Below, piece by piece: positions 20,394 through 28,776 of a stretch of DNA of 46,324 nucleotides. The stretch is from positions 1 to 46,324 of the IMG/VR virus record IMGVR_UViG_3300036782_000034. One strand, given 5' to 3'. Position 1 is the first letter of the stretch. Each line of letters begins with the position of its first letter. The translations under genes and the position numbers were made by a program. Below the pieces are notes generated by a model. It did not search any database. It was given only the letters and a program-made list of their open reading frames with translations, and was not told where the DNA came from. This DNA comes from a virus.

Positions 20394-20769
20394 TCTTTTT
20401 CCAGGAAGCGCAACAAGAACTGTTGAAGACATTAATGAATCAGACATAAAACATCAAGATAACATTAACGAAACGTTAGAAGAAAAAAACACTAATGTTA
20501 ACAATAACGTTATCGAAACATTAACAGAACAGAAACAAGATGATAATAAAACAGAAACAAAACAAACTGTTAATGATGTTATAGAGAATGACGACGTGTT
20601 AGGATTTCTGAACACGAATAAGAAAAAGACTTTAGTCGGTTTTCATTTAGAAGATGACATTAACAAAGTAATTAAAAAAGTGTTAGGAAAGAACCCAGGC
20701 AAGGGTGCGCAGTCAGAACTGGCAAATAGAATATTCCGCGACTTCTTTGAAAAAAGAGGTTTGTTATAA
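20368..20769 (+). CDS. Putative small centromere-binding partition protein (acidic N-terminus, RHH-like C-terminus)
   Basis: Overlaps the parA 3' end. C-terminal KKKTLVGFHLEDDINKVIKKVL...ELANRIFRDFFEKRG looks like a strand-helix-helix. The exact start is uncertain (ATG 20368, GTG 20374 or ATG 20386). Confidence 0.5.
   Translation: MSVSRKMSNLFPGSATRTVEDINESDIKHQDNINETLEEKNTNVNNNVIETLTEQKQDDNKTETKQTVNDVIENDDVLGFLNTNKKKTLVGFHLEDDINKVIKKVLGKNPGKGAQSELANRIFRDFFEKRGLL
20493..20519. repeat. 27-bp repeat taatgttaacaataacgttatcgaaac inside the partner gene
   Basis: Matches 20827..20852 apart from one deleted base. Confidence 0.75.
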
Positions 20770-20794
20770 AGCTCTGTATTTACAGGGCTTTTTC
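20770..20794 (+). terminator. Terminator of the par operon
   Basis: agctctgt / acagggct stem (one G-U) followed by ttttt. Confidence 0.6.
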
Positions 20795-20826
20795 TATGTA
20801 ATTCAATAATTAACGTTATATTAATA

Positions 20827-20852
20827 TTAATGTTAACAAAACGTTATCGAAA
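20827..20852. repeat. Second copy of the par-associated repeat (taatgttaacaaaacgttatcgaaac)
   Basis: See 20493..20519. Located downstream of the par operon. Confidence 0.75.
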
Positions 20853-20909
20853 CGATTTTGTAACATTAAGAACACAATATAATAATGAATCCATGCATTT
20901 GGACAAATA

Positions 20910-20941
20910 AAAAAAAGCCGCCCAATTAAGGTGGTTTTTTT
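20910..20941 (+). terminator. A-run / hairpin / T-run terminator (gccgcc...ggtggt)
   Basis: aaaaaaaagccgcccaattaaggtggttttttt. The G-U pair favours plus. The first 15 nt recur at 21826. Confidence 0.5.
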
Positions 20942-20962
20942 GATAAGTTTTTTAATTCATCC

Positions 20963-21016
20963 TTGTAATGCGATAACGCATATGATATATTATAAGCAAC
21001 AAATGCGTTATCGCAT
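20963..21016 (+). promoter_or_regulatory. Promoter TTGTAA-17-TATATT with two copies of the 14-bp operator ATGCGATAACGCAT / ATGCGTTATCGCAT
   Basis: Operator 1 (20968-20981) fills the spacer. Operator 2 (21003-21016) lies just downstream of the -10. The two are exact reverse complements, spaced 35 bp centre to centre. Confidence 0.55.
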
Positions 21017-21037
21017 AATTAAGAGGAGGAAGTAGCG

Positions 21038-21466
21038 ATGAATGTTATGAAAAAAGCTTGGGCAATTTCTCGTAAAGGTCAAAAACAATTTGGTGGTAAA
21101 GTTAAAGAATATTTTGCTCAAGCTTTGAAAATGGCATGGAGCATCGCGAAAAAAGGGATGAATAATTTCACTTCTGTCTTTAACGCAATAGAAAAGGATG
21201 CAAAGAAACAGGCCCAAGAGTTTTTTAAAGGGTATATACAATTGATGAAATCTCGTGGAGTAGACATCAGCAACTTAAAAGATACGTCAGCAACAATGTG
21301 TGCACCTAACAATCTAGAAGTAAGCACTTATGTATTATGCGAACAATGTTCTTGGGTTGATGGTGTTGCAACATACCGTATGGGAATCTTCATTAAAGAT
21401 AATAATGGCAGTAAATTAATCAACCGAGAGGAAATTAACTTTAAGGAGTCAGATTATATATGTTAG
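21038..21466 (+). CDS. Hypothetical protein (142 aa; N-terminal KAWAISRKGQKQFGGKVKEYFAQALKMAWSIAKKG helix pair)
   Basis: AGAGGAGGAAG RBS. First gene of a two-gene cassette. Confidence 0.6.
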   Translation: MNVMKKAWAISRKGQKQFGGKVKEYFAQALKMAWSIAKKGMNNFTSVFNAIEKDAKKQAQEFFKGYIQLMKSRGVDISNLKDTSATMCAPNNLEVSTYVLCEQCSWVDGVATYRMGIFIKDNNGSKLINREEINFKESDYIC

Positions 21467-21822
21467 ATCGTATCATAGGTGTGGAGGAAGCAGCAGAGAT
21501 TCTAGGACTTTCTCCTGGTACTGTAAAAAACAAATGTGCTGCCGGAGAGTTGCCAGCTAAGAAGATAGGCAAGACATGGGTTCTTGATAAAAAAATATTG
21601 GAGGATTTAAAAATGAGTACATGGGAACGAGAAGGATATAAAGTGGTAGAAGTAGAGCATGATTTCGATTTACACGCTTTTGATGTAATCAAAGGGGAAG
21701 AGGTGGTTGCTACAATTACACCTAACACGATTGAGGATATGAACCAGATTATTGAAGACTTAAACGACGGTGAAGATGTAAACGGTTGGGAAGACGGTAT
21801 GGGGAATACAATTTCAATATAA
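21460..21822 (+). CDS. HTH (excisionase/MerR-type HTH_17-like) DNA-binding protein with an acidic C-domain (120 aa)
   Basis: N-terminus IIGVEEAAEILGLSPGTVKNKCAAGELPAKKIGKTWVL matches the HTH_17 pattern. 7-nt overlap with the upstream gene. Confidence 0.6.
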   Translation: MLDRIIGVEEAAEILGLSPGTVKNKCAAGELPAKKIGKTWVLDKKILEDLKMSTWEREGYKVVEVEHDFDLHAFDVIKGEEVVATITPNTIEDMNQIIEDLNDGEDVNGWEDGMGNTISI

Positions 21823-21825
21823 ACT

Positions 21826-21860
21826 AAAAAAAGCCGCCCAAAAGGACGGCTCTTATTTTT
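21826..21860. terminator. Bidirectional terminator between the cassette and the lysis genes
   Basis: aaaaaaagccgcccaaaaggacggctcttattttt. Confidence 0.65.
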
Positions 21861-21862
21861 AC

Positions 21863-22681
21863 TTAGATTTCAACTTTCCACATTCCATAACCAGGGAATC
21901 TCTCTTTTAACTTATTTAGTGTTTCGTTGCACCATGATTCATCATTGAAATCACCTACAACCAAACGATACGCATTCTTTTCTAATCGTATATCCCATAC
22001 ACCATAAACTTCTAAATACTCTTTGATTTCACGTTTAGAATCACCTGCCCAAGTTAGTTCGTCAAAGTCACCGATATGAATCTGATAATTTGTTGCTTTC
22101 TGAGTAGTTCCGATATACCAATTTAACGTTTTCACACCTTGCAAATAGTTCAAATCACATTTCCCGATACCAGGTACATTACCTGTTTCAGTATATTGCC
22201 AAATATCACATGCGTATTTAGGTTTATTACCACCGTATCGTGGAATCCATAGGAAATCAGCTTTCAATCCACTTAAACCATAATTTTCGTACATGTGATG
22301 ACTTAGATATAATCCGATTTTCCAACCTTTTGATTTACAACGATCAATAAAAGCTTGAGATGCTGCAGCAAGGTTATTAGCTCCACAGGATTGTAATGTA
22401 TCATCTTCCACATCAAGAACAAGGAACTTAGCATTCGGGCTTGTACGAGACATAAAATCATCAGCTTCCACAACTGCATCATTAACAGAAACATAGCATC
22501 CATAAGCATATGCTGCATGAGGTACACCGCATTCTTCTAATTTTGCTACATAACGTTGATACCATTCATCTACTTTCTTTGAACCGTATTGAACACGACA
22601 AATTGCTAAATCAAGTTGCGGTGCTGCTACATCCCAATTAATATTACCGTTCCATTTTGAAATATCTACAATGTGTCCCAT
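21863..22681 (-). CDS. Endolysin: GH25 muramidase N-domain + C-terminal cell-wall-binding domain
   Basis: VDISKWNGNINWD...RVQYGS...LVLDVEDD...IWQYTETG follow the GH25 motif order. Last gene of the late operon. Confidence 0.8.
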   Translation of the reverse strand: MGHIVDISKWNGNINWDVAAPQLDLAICRVQYGSKKVDEWYQRYVAKLEECGVPHAAYAYGCYVSVNDAVVEADDFMSRTSPNAKFLVLDVEDDTLQSCGANNLAAASQAFIDRCKSKGWKIGLYLSHHMYENYGLSGLKADFLWIPRYGGNKPKYACDIWQYTETGNVPGIGKCDLNYLQGVKTLNWYIGTTQKATNYQIHIGDFDELTWAGDSKREIKEYLEVYGVWDIRLEKNAYRLVVGDFNDESWCNETLNKLKERFPGYGMWKVEI

Positions 22682-22697
22682 TATTCAACATCTCCTT

Positions 22698-22928
22698 TTA
22701 ATGTAAATTGTGTTTTTCTAATACATCTTTTTGTTGTAATCCTTTGTTACTTAAATAGTTGTTTTTCCAAGCCATATACAGAGTGAAAGCTCCACTAATG
22801 ACAGCCACTAAATCGTTTGTGATTTTGTCATCAATCGTTTGGTATCCCACAAGATTTAAGACACTATTAATCACAGCAATTACTAATACGACATAGCGAC
22901 TAATTGAAGCTGTATCTAGATTTTTCAT
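22698..22928 (-). CDS. Holin (phi LC3-type, 76 aa)
   Basis: Start moved to the ATG at 22928. Two hydrophobic helices and a C-terminal WKNNYLSNKGLQQKD tail. Adjacent to the endolysin. Confidence 0.65.
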   Translation of the reverse strand: MKNLDTASISRYVVLVIAVINSVLNLVGYQTIDDKITNDLVAVISGAFTLYMAWKNNYLSNKGLQQKDVLEKHNLH

Positions 22929-22969
22929 ATTCTCAATTCCTTTCAAATAAAAAAGCGACCGGTATACGA

Positions 22970-23209
22970 TCACTTTCCACCGAATTTAAATAGCGCCGTA
23001 ATCGCTCCTACAATCACGGCACCTATAACTGTTGTCCCAAGCCAAAATACTAGCTTATCTAATCTGTCTACACGCATATGCGCGCTTTTTGCTGATTGTT
23101 GGGCTTCAATTGCAACTTCTTTTACATTGCCTAATGTATCTAGTTTCGTTTCTACTCTTGTTAGTCCAACAAGTAGTTCTTTCATATCATCGTGTTTTAA
23201 TTCAGCCAT
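22970..23209 (-). CDS. XhlA-like lysis-associated membrane protein
   Basis: 79 aa. N-terminal coiled coil plus a single C-terminal TM (LVFWLGTTVIGAVIVGAITALF). Position upstream of the holin. Confidence 0.6.
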   Translation of the reverse strand: MAELKHDDMKELLVGLTRVETKLDTLGNVKEVAIEAQQSAKSAHMRVDRLDKLVFWLGTTVIGAVIVGAITALFKFGGK

Positions 23210-23289
23210 ACTTTCACTCCTTTTCTAAAAATAAAAAAGCATGCTATAAGCACGCTTGGGTTTGTTATAAAAGCCGTATTTTGTTTAGT

Positions 23290-26200
23290 TTAAAAATGTT
23301 TCTTAATCGACTTGTAAATACCTTCACCATAAATGTACTTACCGCTATTGTTATTCATATGAGTATAGTCAGAACTCCAATTCGTTGTAGTACCTTCCAC
23401 CTTGATAACTGCACCATTTATAGGTGGATTAACAAAAGTGATTTTTGTTGGTTTTGTAGCATATCCGTAGGTAAGGTCACTATTGTAGTAATATCCATAA
23501 CCGCCTGTGATAAAAACTTCTTTACCAACTTCTATCTGTTTCCCATCAACTGTGACTCTTACATTCCTTAATAAAGGACTAAGGTTACTATCAATAAGGT
23601 ATGTTTTAACACCTGTTGAAGTAATTGTATACGTTTTATCTCTCTTATTTGTATCTAAATAACGAGATGTCTCGGTATATAAATCAATAAAGTTCCAACC
23701 ATTACTATTGACTACATTTTTAATTACTTCGCGATACCCTAAAAGTTGACGATGGTTCATATTCGGAACGCCCATCCCGATTAGATGAATAGGTATTTTA
23801 GGGTTGTATGCTTGCACTTTAGAAATAACAGACATAAGGTTCGTTTTATATTGGTTTATACTTTTAATCATTACCTTAGAATTATCAGGCAAATAATTTA
23901 AATTTAAAGGTGTTGTGAATTTAACTGTTTTCGTGGAAACATCATAAGAATCTACCAACCTTACTTGGCAATATCTCTCGTCATTCGTCCACTTATTAAC
24001 AATTAATATATCTCCTTTTGAAATAGTTCCTACCGTTACTTCATCCGCTAATTTAACCATATACTTTGTAACTCGACTTGTATCAACCCATCGATCAGAC
24101 ACGTTAAAGTTTCCGTTCCCTGCATCCGTAACACTTCCGTACCAGTAATAACTGTTACTTGTTAACTCATCTGCTGTTATTGCTTTACTTTGAGTTACTG
24201 GATATGAGGATGTATTCCAATCGTCATTCGTACCTAACAAAAACGTGATAATGTCAGGTTCATATTCCATGAATTTTCGATAGGAAGTTAATCCTGCATC
24301 TTTGTCGAATAGCTTGTATGTGTATCCTCCAATACCTGCGTTCATGTATTCAAATCGATAGTCTGTAGCGAAGTTGAAAATGAAGTATGGCGTTCCACTT
24401 TCACCAGGGACAAGACCTCTTATCTTGATTTCAATTTGTCTCGTTTCAACAGAATCAAATTTATATGAGATAAAACTTTCTGAATCAACGTATCTAAAAT
24501 CAAGTCCGCTTGATAGAGTACTAGGATTAGCTGGATCGAATGAAGTAGAACCATCGCCATAAGTACTTTCTAGCCCATCAGAAAATAGAGCCCCATTTTC
24601 TCCGATATGTGATCGAGTATATGAGATACTTTCCCCATACTTCTGCGTGACCGATATGTTAACCCCATTAACGGGAGCTGTTTTGAACCATAAAATGTGA
24701 TGGATTTCATCGTCGCCATCCATATTTACAACGTTTTGTTTAATGACAAGGAAATCCGAACCGGATGGGATTGATCCACCATATCCTTGAGTATTTAATC
24801 CGCCAACTTTTGTTACTCCATCCACAGTTACCGTATGCCCATAAGTAAAAGCTCGTCCTAAATCAAACTTAACTTTCGTGCCTTCTCCAGTGAATGTTTT
24901 TGTTTCAGTTCCACTTGGTCTTCTATTTTTATTGTCAATTGTATCAAATAAGACACCATTGAGATAAACATCTAAAATTGTATTACCTATACCTCTTTCG
25001 ACTGCCTGACAAATATGAATTTCACTTGATCTCATGTTAAATTTAACACTCGAATTTGCACCAGTAATTTTAGTAGCTTTTTCATTATAAAACTTCTTGT
25101 TAGGAATGGATGATTTTGTACCACTATAAGTCACATCCGCATTATCAGATAGAAGAGTTTGGCCTTGATTCCCACGAATTAACTGATCTAGTACTTTTAC
25201 ATAACCATCCGCTAAGTATCCATCTCCCCAAGTTACACTATCACCAACAAAAACATTTCTAATCGGTTTAGGCATACCTGCTGCAGAAGTACCCGTATGC
25301 ACATTGATTTTTTCTTGTAACGCTGGGTCTAAAGCACTTTCTATGATAGATTCCGGTATGATATTTTGACCATTAAGATATCCATCTACTAGGACATGAC
25401 TTTCATCATTTATCCATGAATCAGACCAACCTAAAAAGATTTTTTGTGATAATAACGGCGTTTTTAATATGATGTATATCGCTAAATAATCATCCAATTG
25501 ATCTATGATATCATCAATTTCGCTAGAAATTTCTAAAATACATGTTTGATTTCCTGTGTTTTTCGTAAGGATATTACTAGGGAGGAAATTCCATGATCCA
25601 CCTTTATTTTTGCTTAAAAATTGATATTCTATAGCGTGCGATGCATCGTAAGGTAAATACAATTCGATCTTAAAGTTAATCGCCGGTAACTTAAACCCGC
25701 TTTGTTTTATAGAACGTAATTTTCGAATCAAATCATTTAACTCGAATTTTAAAAATGGCATTGATGCGGAAGAAACGCATTCAAACTCATACCAGTAAGG
25801 GGTCTTAGCCGCATTGTTAACAGCTAATCTTTTTATGCCATTATGCTTAAACGCCCCACTGTTTTCGAACCCTATTTCATTAATAAGAGGTTTGTTTTGC
25901 ACAATGTTTTTCGCTTCTTTACACCAATTATAACGACCAGAAAGACTATTGATTAAAGTTTCCATTTGTTGCATTTGATTTTGGAGCAAAGTTTTATCGA
26001 AAACATTAGAGTTTGTATTGCCGAACCAAGAAGATACATATGATATTTTGATAATATCTCCTATATTTCCACCTTGAAGATATATATATACTGAAGCTAT
26101 TTCTTTAGAGTTATCAAATGGTTGTTCGAATACTTCAGCACGTTCTAATCCATCTGTCTTCATATCATACATTTTTACAGTTTGATAAGTTCCGTCTTTA

Positions 26201-26715
26201 TAACTCAATCTTAATCCACATTGAATTTTAGTAGATCCGAATTTACTAATCTTATAATTAATTGCGAAGGATGCCTTATTGTACCGTCTAGCATATTTAG
26301 GAATCTTTATACCTTGTTTCGCTTGCGCGGGATAATCTGTATTTAATAGTTGCTTATAATTAGAAGTGTTTTTCACTGTTAAAACCAGTAATTTCTCTCC
26401 ATATTCTAATTCCTGATTATTGATAAATATCTCATCTATATTTAACTTTGAACCAATTGTTGCGACCTTTTCCCACATGGAATTCGAACCAATTACAGTT
26501 CCACCAAGCGTATTAGACTGATAATCAACATCTTTCCCTAATTTTTCTACAGTTACTGACTCTGGCGCGATTTTTTCCGTTGTTACACTACCAGGTGCAT
26601 TTAAGTCGTTTATATTAACTTCAAGCAAATCCCAGTTTTCGTTCTGTTCTGCTTTAAAATCACGTCCAAATCCATTGTTGCCTATTCTATTGAAACGCAC
26701 CAAATTCATCACCAT
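23290..26715 (-). CDS. Tail fibre / receptor-binding protein with SGNH (GDSL) hydrolase motifs
   Basis: 1141 aa, last tail gene. FVGDSVTWGDGY (block I), LLGTNDDW (block III) and SSDYTHMN (block V DxxH) are present but widely spaced. Confidence 0.7.
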   Translation of the reverse strand: MVMNLVRFNRIGNNGFGRDFKAEQNENWDLLEVNINDLNAPGSVTTEKIAPESVTVEKLGKDVDYQSNTLGGTVIGSNSMWEKVATIGSKLNIDEIFINNQELEYGEKLLVLTVKNTSNYKQLLNTDYPAQAKQGIKIPKYARRYNKASFAINYKISKFGSTKIQCGLRLSYKDGTYQTVKMYDMKTDGLERAEVFEQPFDNSKEIASVYIYLQGGNIGDIIKISYVSSWFGNTNSNVFDKTLLQNQMQQMETLINSLSGRYNWCKEAKNIVQNKPLINEIGFENSGAFKHNGIKRLAVNNAAKTPYWYEFECVSSASMPFLKFELNDLIRKLRSIKQSGFKLPAINFKIELYLPYDASHAIEYQFLSKNKGGSWNFLPSNILTKNTGNQTCILEISSEIDDIIDQLDDYLAIYIILKTPLLSQKIFLGWSDSWINDESHVLVDGYLNGQNIIPESIIESALDPALQEKINVHTGTSAAGMPKPIRNVFVGDSVTWGDGYLADGYVKVLDQLIRGNQGQTLLSDNADVTYSGTKSSIPNKKFYNEKATKITGANSSVKFNMRSSEIHICQAVERGIGNTILDVYLNGVLFDTIDNKNRRPSGTETKTFTGEGTKVKFDLGRAFTYGHTVTVDGVTKVGGLNTQGYGGSIPSGSDFLVIKQNVVNMDGDDEIHHILWFKTAPVNGVNISVTQKYGESISYTRSHIGENGALFSDGLESTYGDGSTSFDPANPSTLSSGLDFRYVDSESFISYKFDSVETRQIEIKIRGLVPGESGTPYFIFNFATDYRFEYMNAGIGGYTYKLFDKDAGLTSYRKFMEYEPDIITFLLGTNDDWNTSSYPVTQSKAITADELTSNSYYWYGSVTDAGNGNFNVSDRWVDTSRVTKYMVKLADEVTVGTISKGDILIVNKWTNDERYCQVRLVDSYDVSTKTVKFTTPLNLNYLPDNSKVMIKSINQYKTNLMSVISKVQAYNPKIPIHLIGMGVPNMNHRQLLGYREVIKNVVNSNGWNFIDLYTETSRYLDTNKRDKTYTITSTGVKTYLIDSNLSPLLRNVRVTVDGKQIEVGKEVFITGGYGYYYNSDLTYGYATKPTKITFVNPPINGAVIKVEGTTTNWSSDYTHMNNNSGKYIYGEGIYKSIKKHF

Positions 26716-26771
26716 CTTTTCTTACTATTTATTGGAATGTAAAAAGAGAGCTGAAAAGCTCTCTCGTTTGT

Positions 26772-27098
26772 TTATTGGTATGGAATAACTTGAACTTGTT
26801 CCTTTGTGCCGCCGATCGTTACGTTAATTGCATTTAATACATCTTGTTGCAAGGATAAAACGTCACCCGATTCTAACGGGATCAGTACATCCAAAATTTT
26901 TGTCTCTCCAGCTCCAACTTTAAGGTTCTTCATTACATCTAAAGTGTTTACTGTTACTGTAAGTTTAGCTTCTTTAACTTCATCTGTATTAGTTAAAATC
27001 ATCTTTGTTGCTGTAACTCTTGTTCCTTGTTTTGTATCATATACAGGAATCGGTGCTGTTTTTGGTACACCCATATAAATTTTTGTTGATTCAACCAT
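26772..27098 (-). CDS. Small tail/baseplate-associated hypothetical protein (108 aa)
   Basis: ORF track. AGGAGG RBS. Lies between Tal and the fibre. Confidence 0.55.
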   Translation of the reverse strand: MVESTKIYMGVPKTAPIPVYDTKQGTRVTATKMILTNTDEVKEAKLTVTVNTLDVMKNLKVGAGETKILDVLIPLESGDVLSLQQDVLNAINVTIGGTKEQVQVIPYQ

Positions 27099-27146
27099 AA
27101 TAATTCCTCCTAATTTATATAAAATTCGCTTTTTAATACTTTTAAT

Positions 27147-28766
27147 CTATCTATCTAGCCACATGCGGATTTTACGGCAGTAGGCTCTCTTTCCTTCGAC
27201 AGTAGGACGCATGCGGATATATACGCTTCGCTCTTCTCCTGTCGGTACTCCTAAATCTATTTCAAGAAGCTTTCCGTAAACTGCAATTTGGTCATTCGGA
27301 TTAGTGTTATTCGATACATTTCTAGCTAATACGGTATTCCCATCACCGTCCAAAATCACGACTTCGGAAGCTGTTCCTTCTTCTGCTAATTGTCCCATTA
27401 GCACGTTTAAATAACGTGACTTGTGTTCAAATGTGTAGTATTGGCAATTATAAAGCCTGTCCGCCTTATCCATTACCCACCACCAACTAGCTCTATCTAC
27501 CTCTGTATATGGTGGTTCGTGACCATTGATATCAAACCCATGCTGAAGGACACCGCCAATGATAATGGCGTAACCGTCCTCTCGTTCAACGCGAATAAGA
27601 CCTCGATGACAATCAAAGCCTCCTGCACCAATATGGACGTATCTGTTTTTATCTTCTGGATCTATATACCAAACGCCAGTGTTATCGGCAAATGTTTCTG
27701 TGTTCATGTATAGGCGTTTTAAAGCAAGGTTTAAATTCCCACCATCATCTAATAGTTGCTGCACCTGTTTTTGCGTTTGCTGAAATTGAGCTTGTATCGC
27801 ACTCATCGTTTTCAGTTCTTTAAATGTACTCAATTCAATAATGGGACTCTTCGTTTTGTCCGTCGGATCATCTTCTATTTCAATGACACGAATCTTTACT
27901 TTTACATCAGCTTCTTCGTAAAGCATATATACATAATCACCAACATCGAATTTATGAAGTGGTGATAATCCGTTATCAAGTAAAGTGGCGATAGTAGCTT
28001 TGAATCTAGTATCCGGAACATCACTGATATCTTTTTTACACCTCTCTAAAAGGGTGTCGGTTGAATTATAACGCTCATCACGTATAGGTTTCTGTACAAG
28101 TCGTCCGAATATCTTCTCCATAGGTGATACGTATTCAATCATAATTTCTTGCTCATCTTTCTTACCATAGCCGCGAATTACAGTATAAAAACTAGACATA
28201 TCGGTATCTTCATCGAAAGTTTTTAAATTATGTCCATAACGAAACTGAGCGTCTGTTTCTGTACCGATTTGATTCTTGAACGTAACTGTCTTTGTTTTAT
28301 TATCGATTTTAAATTCTGCGTCATAACGATTCAAAGCTTTCTGCAATAAATCAGTGCGTGTTTCATCTCCGAAGTTTTCGAATCGTGTAGCAGCAAATGC
28401 ACCTTGACTGATCCATTTCCAACCTGTTCCTTGAAAGATAAAATCCATGCACTGTGTAAAGTTTGTATAACCATTTCGCAAATCGTATTGCCAATTATTC
28501 GCTAAGTCATCAAAGAAAATATGTTTTGCTACAATCGACTTCCCAAAATGCCCACGCTTGCTGATACCAATAACAATATACTCATCACCATATTTATCAG
28601 TAATTTTGGCTCGTTTATCTACTAAATTATAAACGTGTTGATTATTTTTAGAATTCAAAAGATAAAAGGAAATAGAATGATCACCATTCACTCTTCTTTT
28701 TCGTTTGACATCTTTAAAATCCGCTAGCATTTCCTCTTGTCCATTTATCCCTTTAACTACTAACAT
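27147..28766 (-). CDS. Tail-associated lysin-like protein / tail tip (Tal, prophage tail endopeptidase family)
   Basis: 539 aa, immediately after Dit. The order TMP-Dit-Tal is conserved in siphoviruses of Gram-positives. Confidence 0.65.
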   Translation of the reverse strand: MLVVKGINGQEEMLADFKDVKRKRRVNGDHSISFYLLNSKNNQHVYNLVDKRAKITDKYGDEYIVIGISKRGHFGKSIVAKHIFFDDLANNWQYDLRNGYTNFTQCMDFIFQGTGWKWISQGAFAATRFENFGDETRTDLLQKALNRYDAEFKIDNKTKTVTFKNQIGTETDAQFRYGHNLKTFDEDTDMSSFYTVIRGYGKKDEQEIMIEYVSPMEKIFGRLVQKPIRDERYNSTDTLLERCKKDISDVPDTRFKATIATLLDNGLSPLHKFDVGDYVYMLYEEADVKVKIRVIEIEDDPTDKTKSPIIELSTFKELKTMSAIQAQFQQTQKQVQQLLDDGGNLNLALKRLYMNTETFADNTGVWYIDPEDKNRYVHIGAGGFDCHRGLIRVEREDGYAIIIGGVLQHGFDINGHEPPYTEVDRASWWWVMDKADRLYNCQYYTFEHKSRYLNVLMGQLAEEGTASEVVILDGDGNTVLARNVSNNTNPNDQIAVYGKLLEIDLGVPTGEERSVYIRMRPTVEGKRAYCRKIRMWLDR

Positions 28767-28776
28767 TTTTCTTCAC

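Noticed and set aside
16572-22527. Nested or antisense ORFs in the accessory block and endolysin (16572..16772 -, 17176..17367 +, 18401..18673 +, 21008..21327 -, 21441..21728 -, 22303..22527 -)
   Set aside because: Each lies inside a longer ORF with recognisable motifs (membrane protein, Rep, cassette genes, GH25 endolysin) and lacks an RBS.
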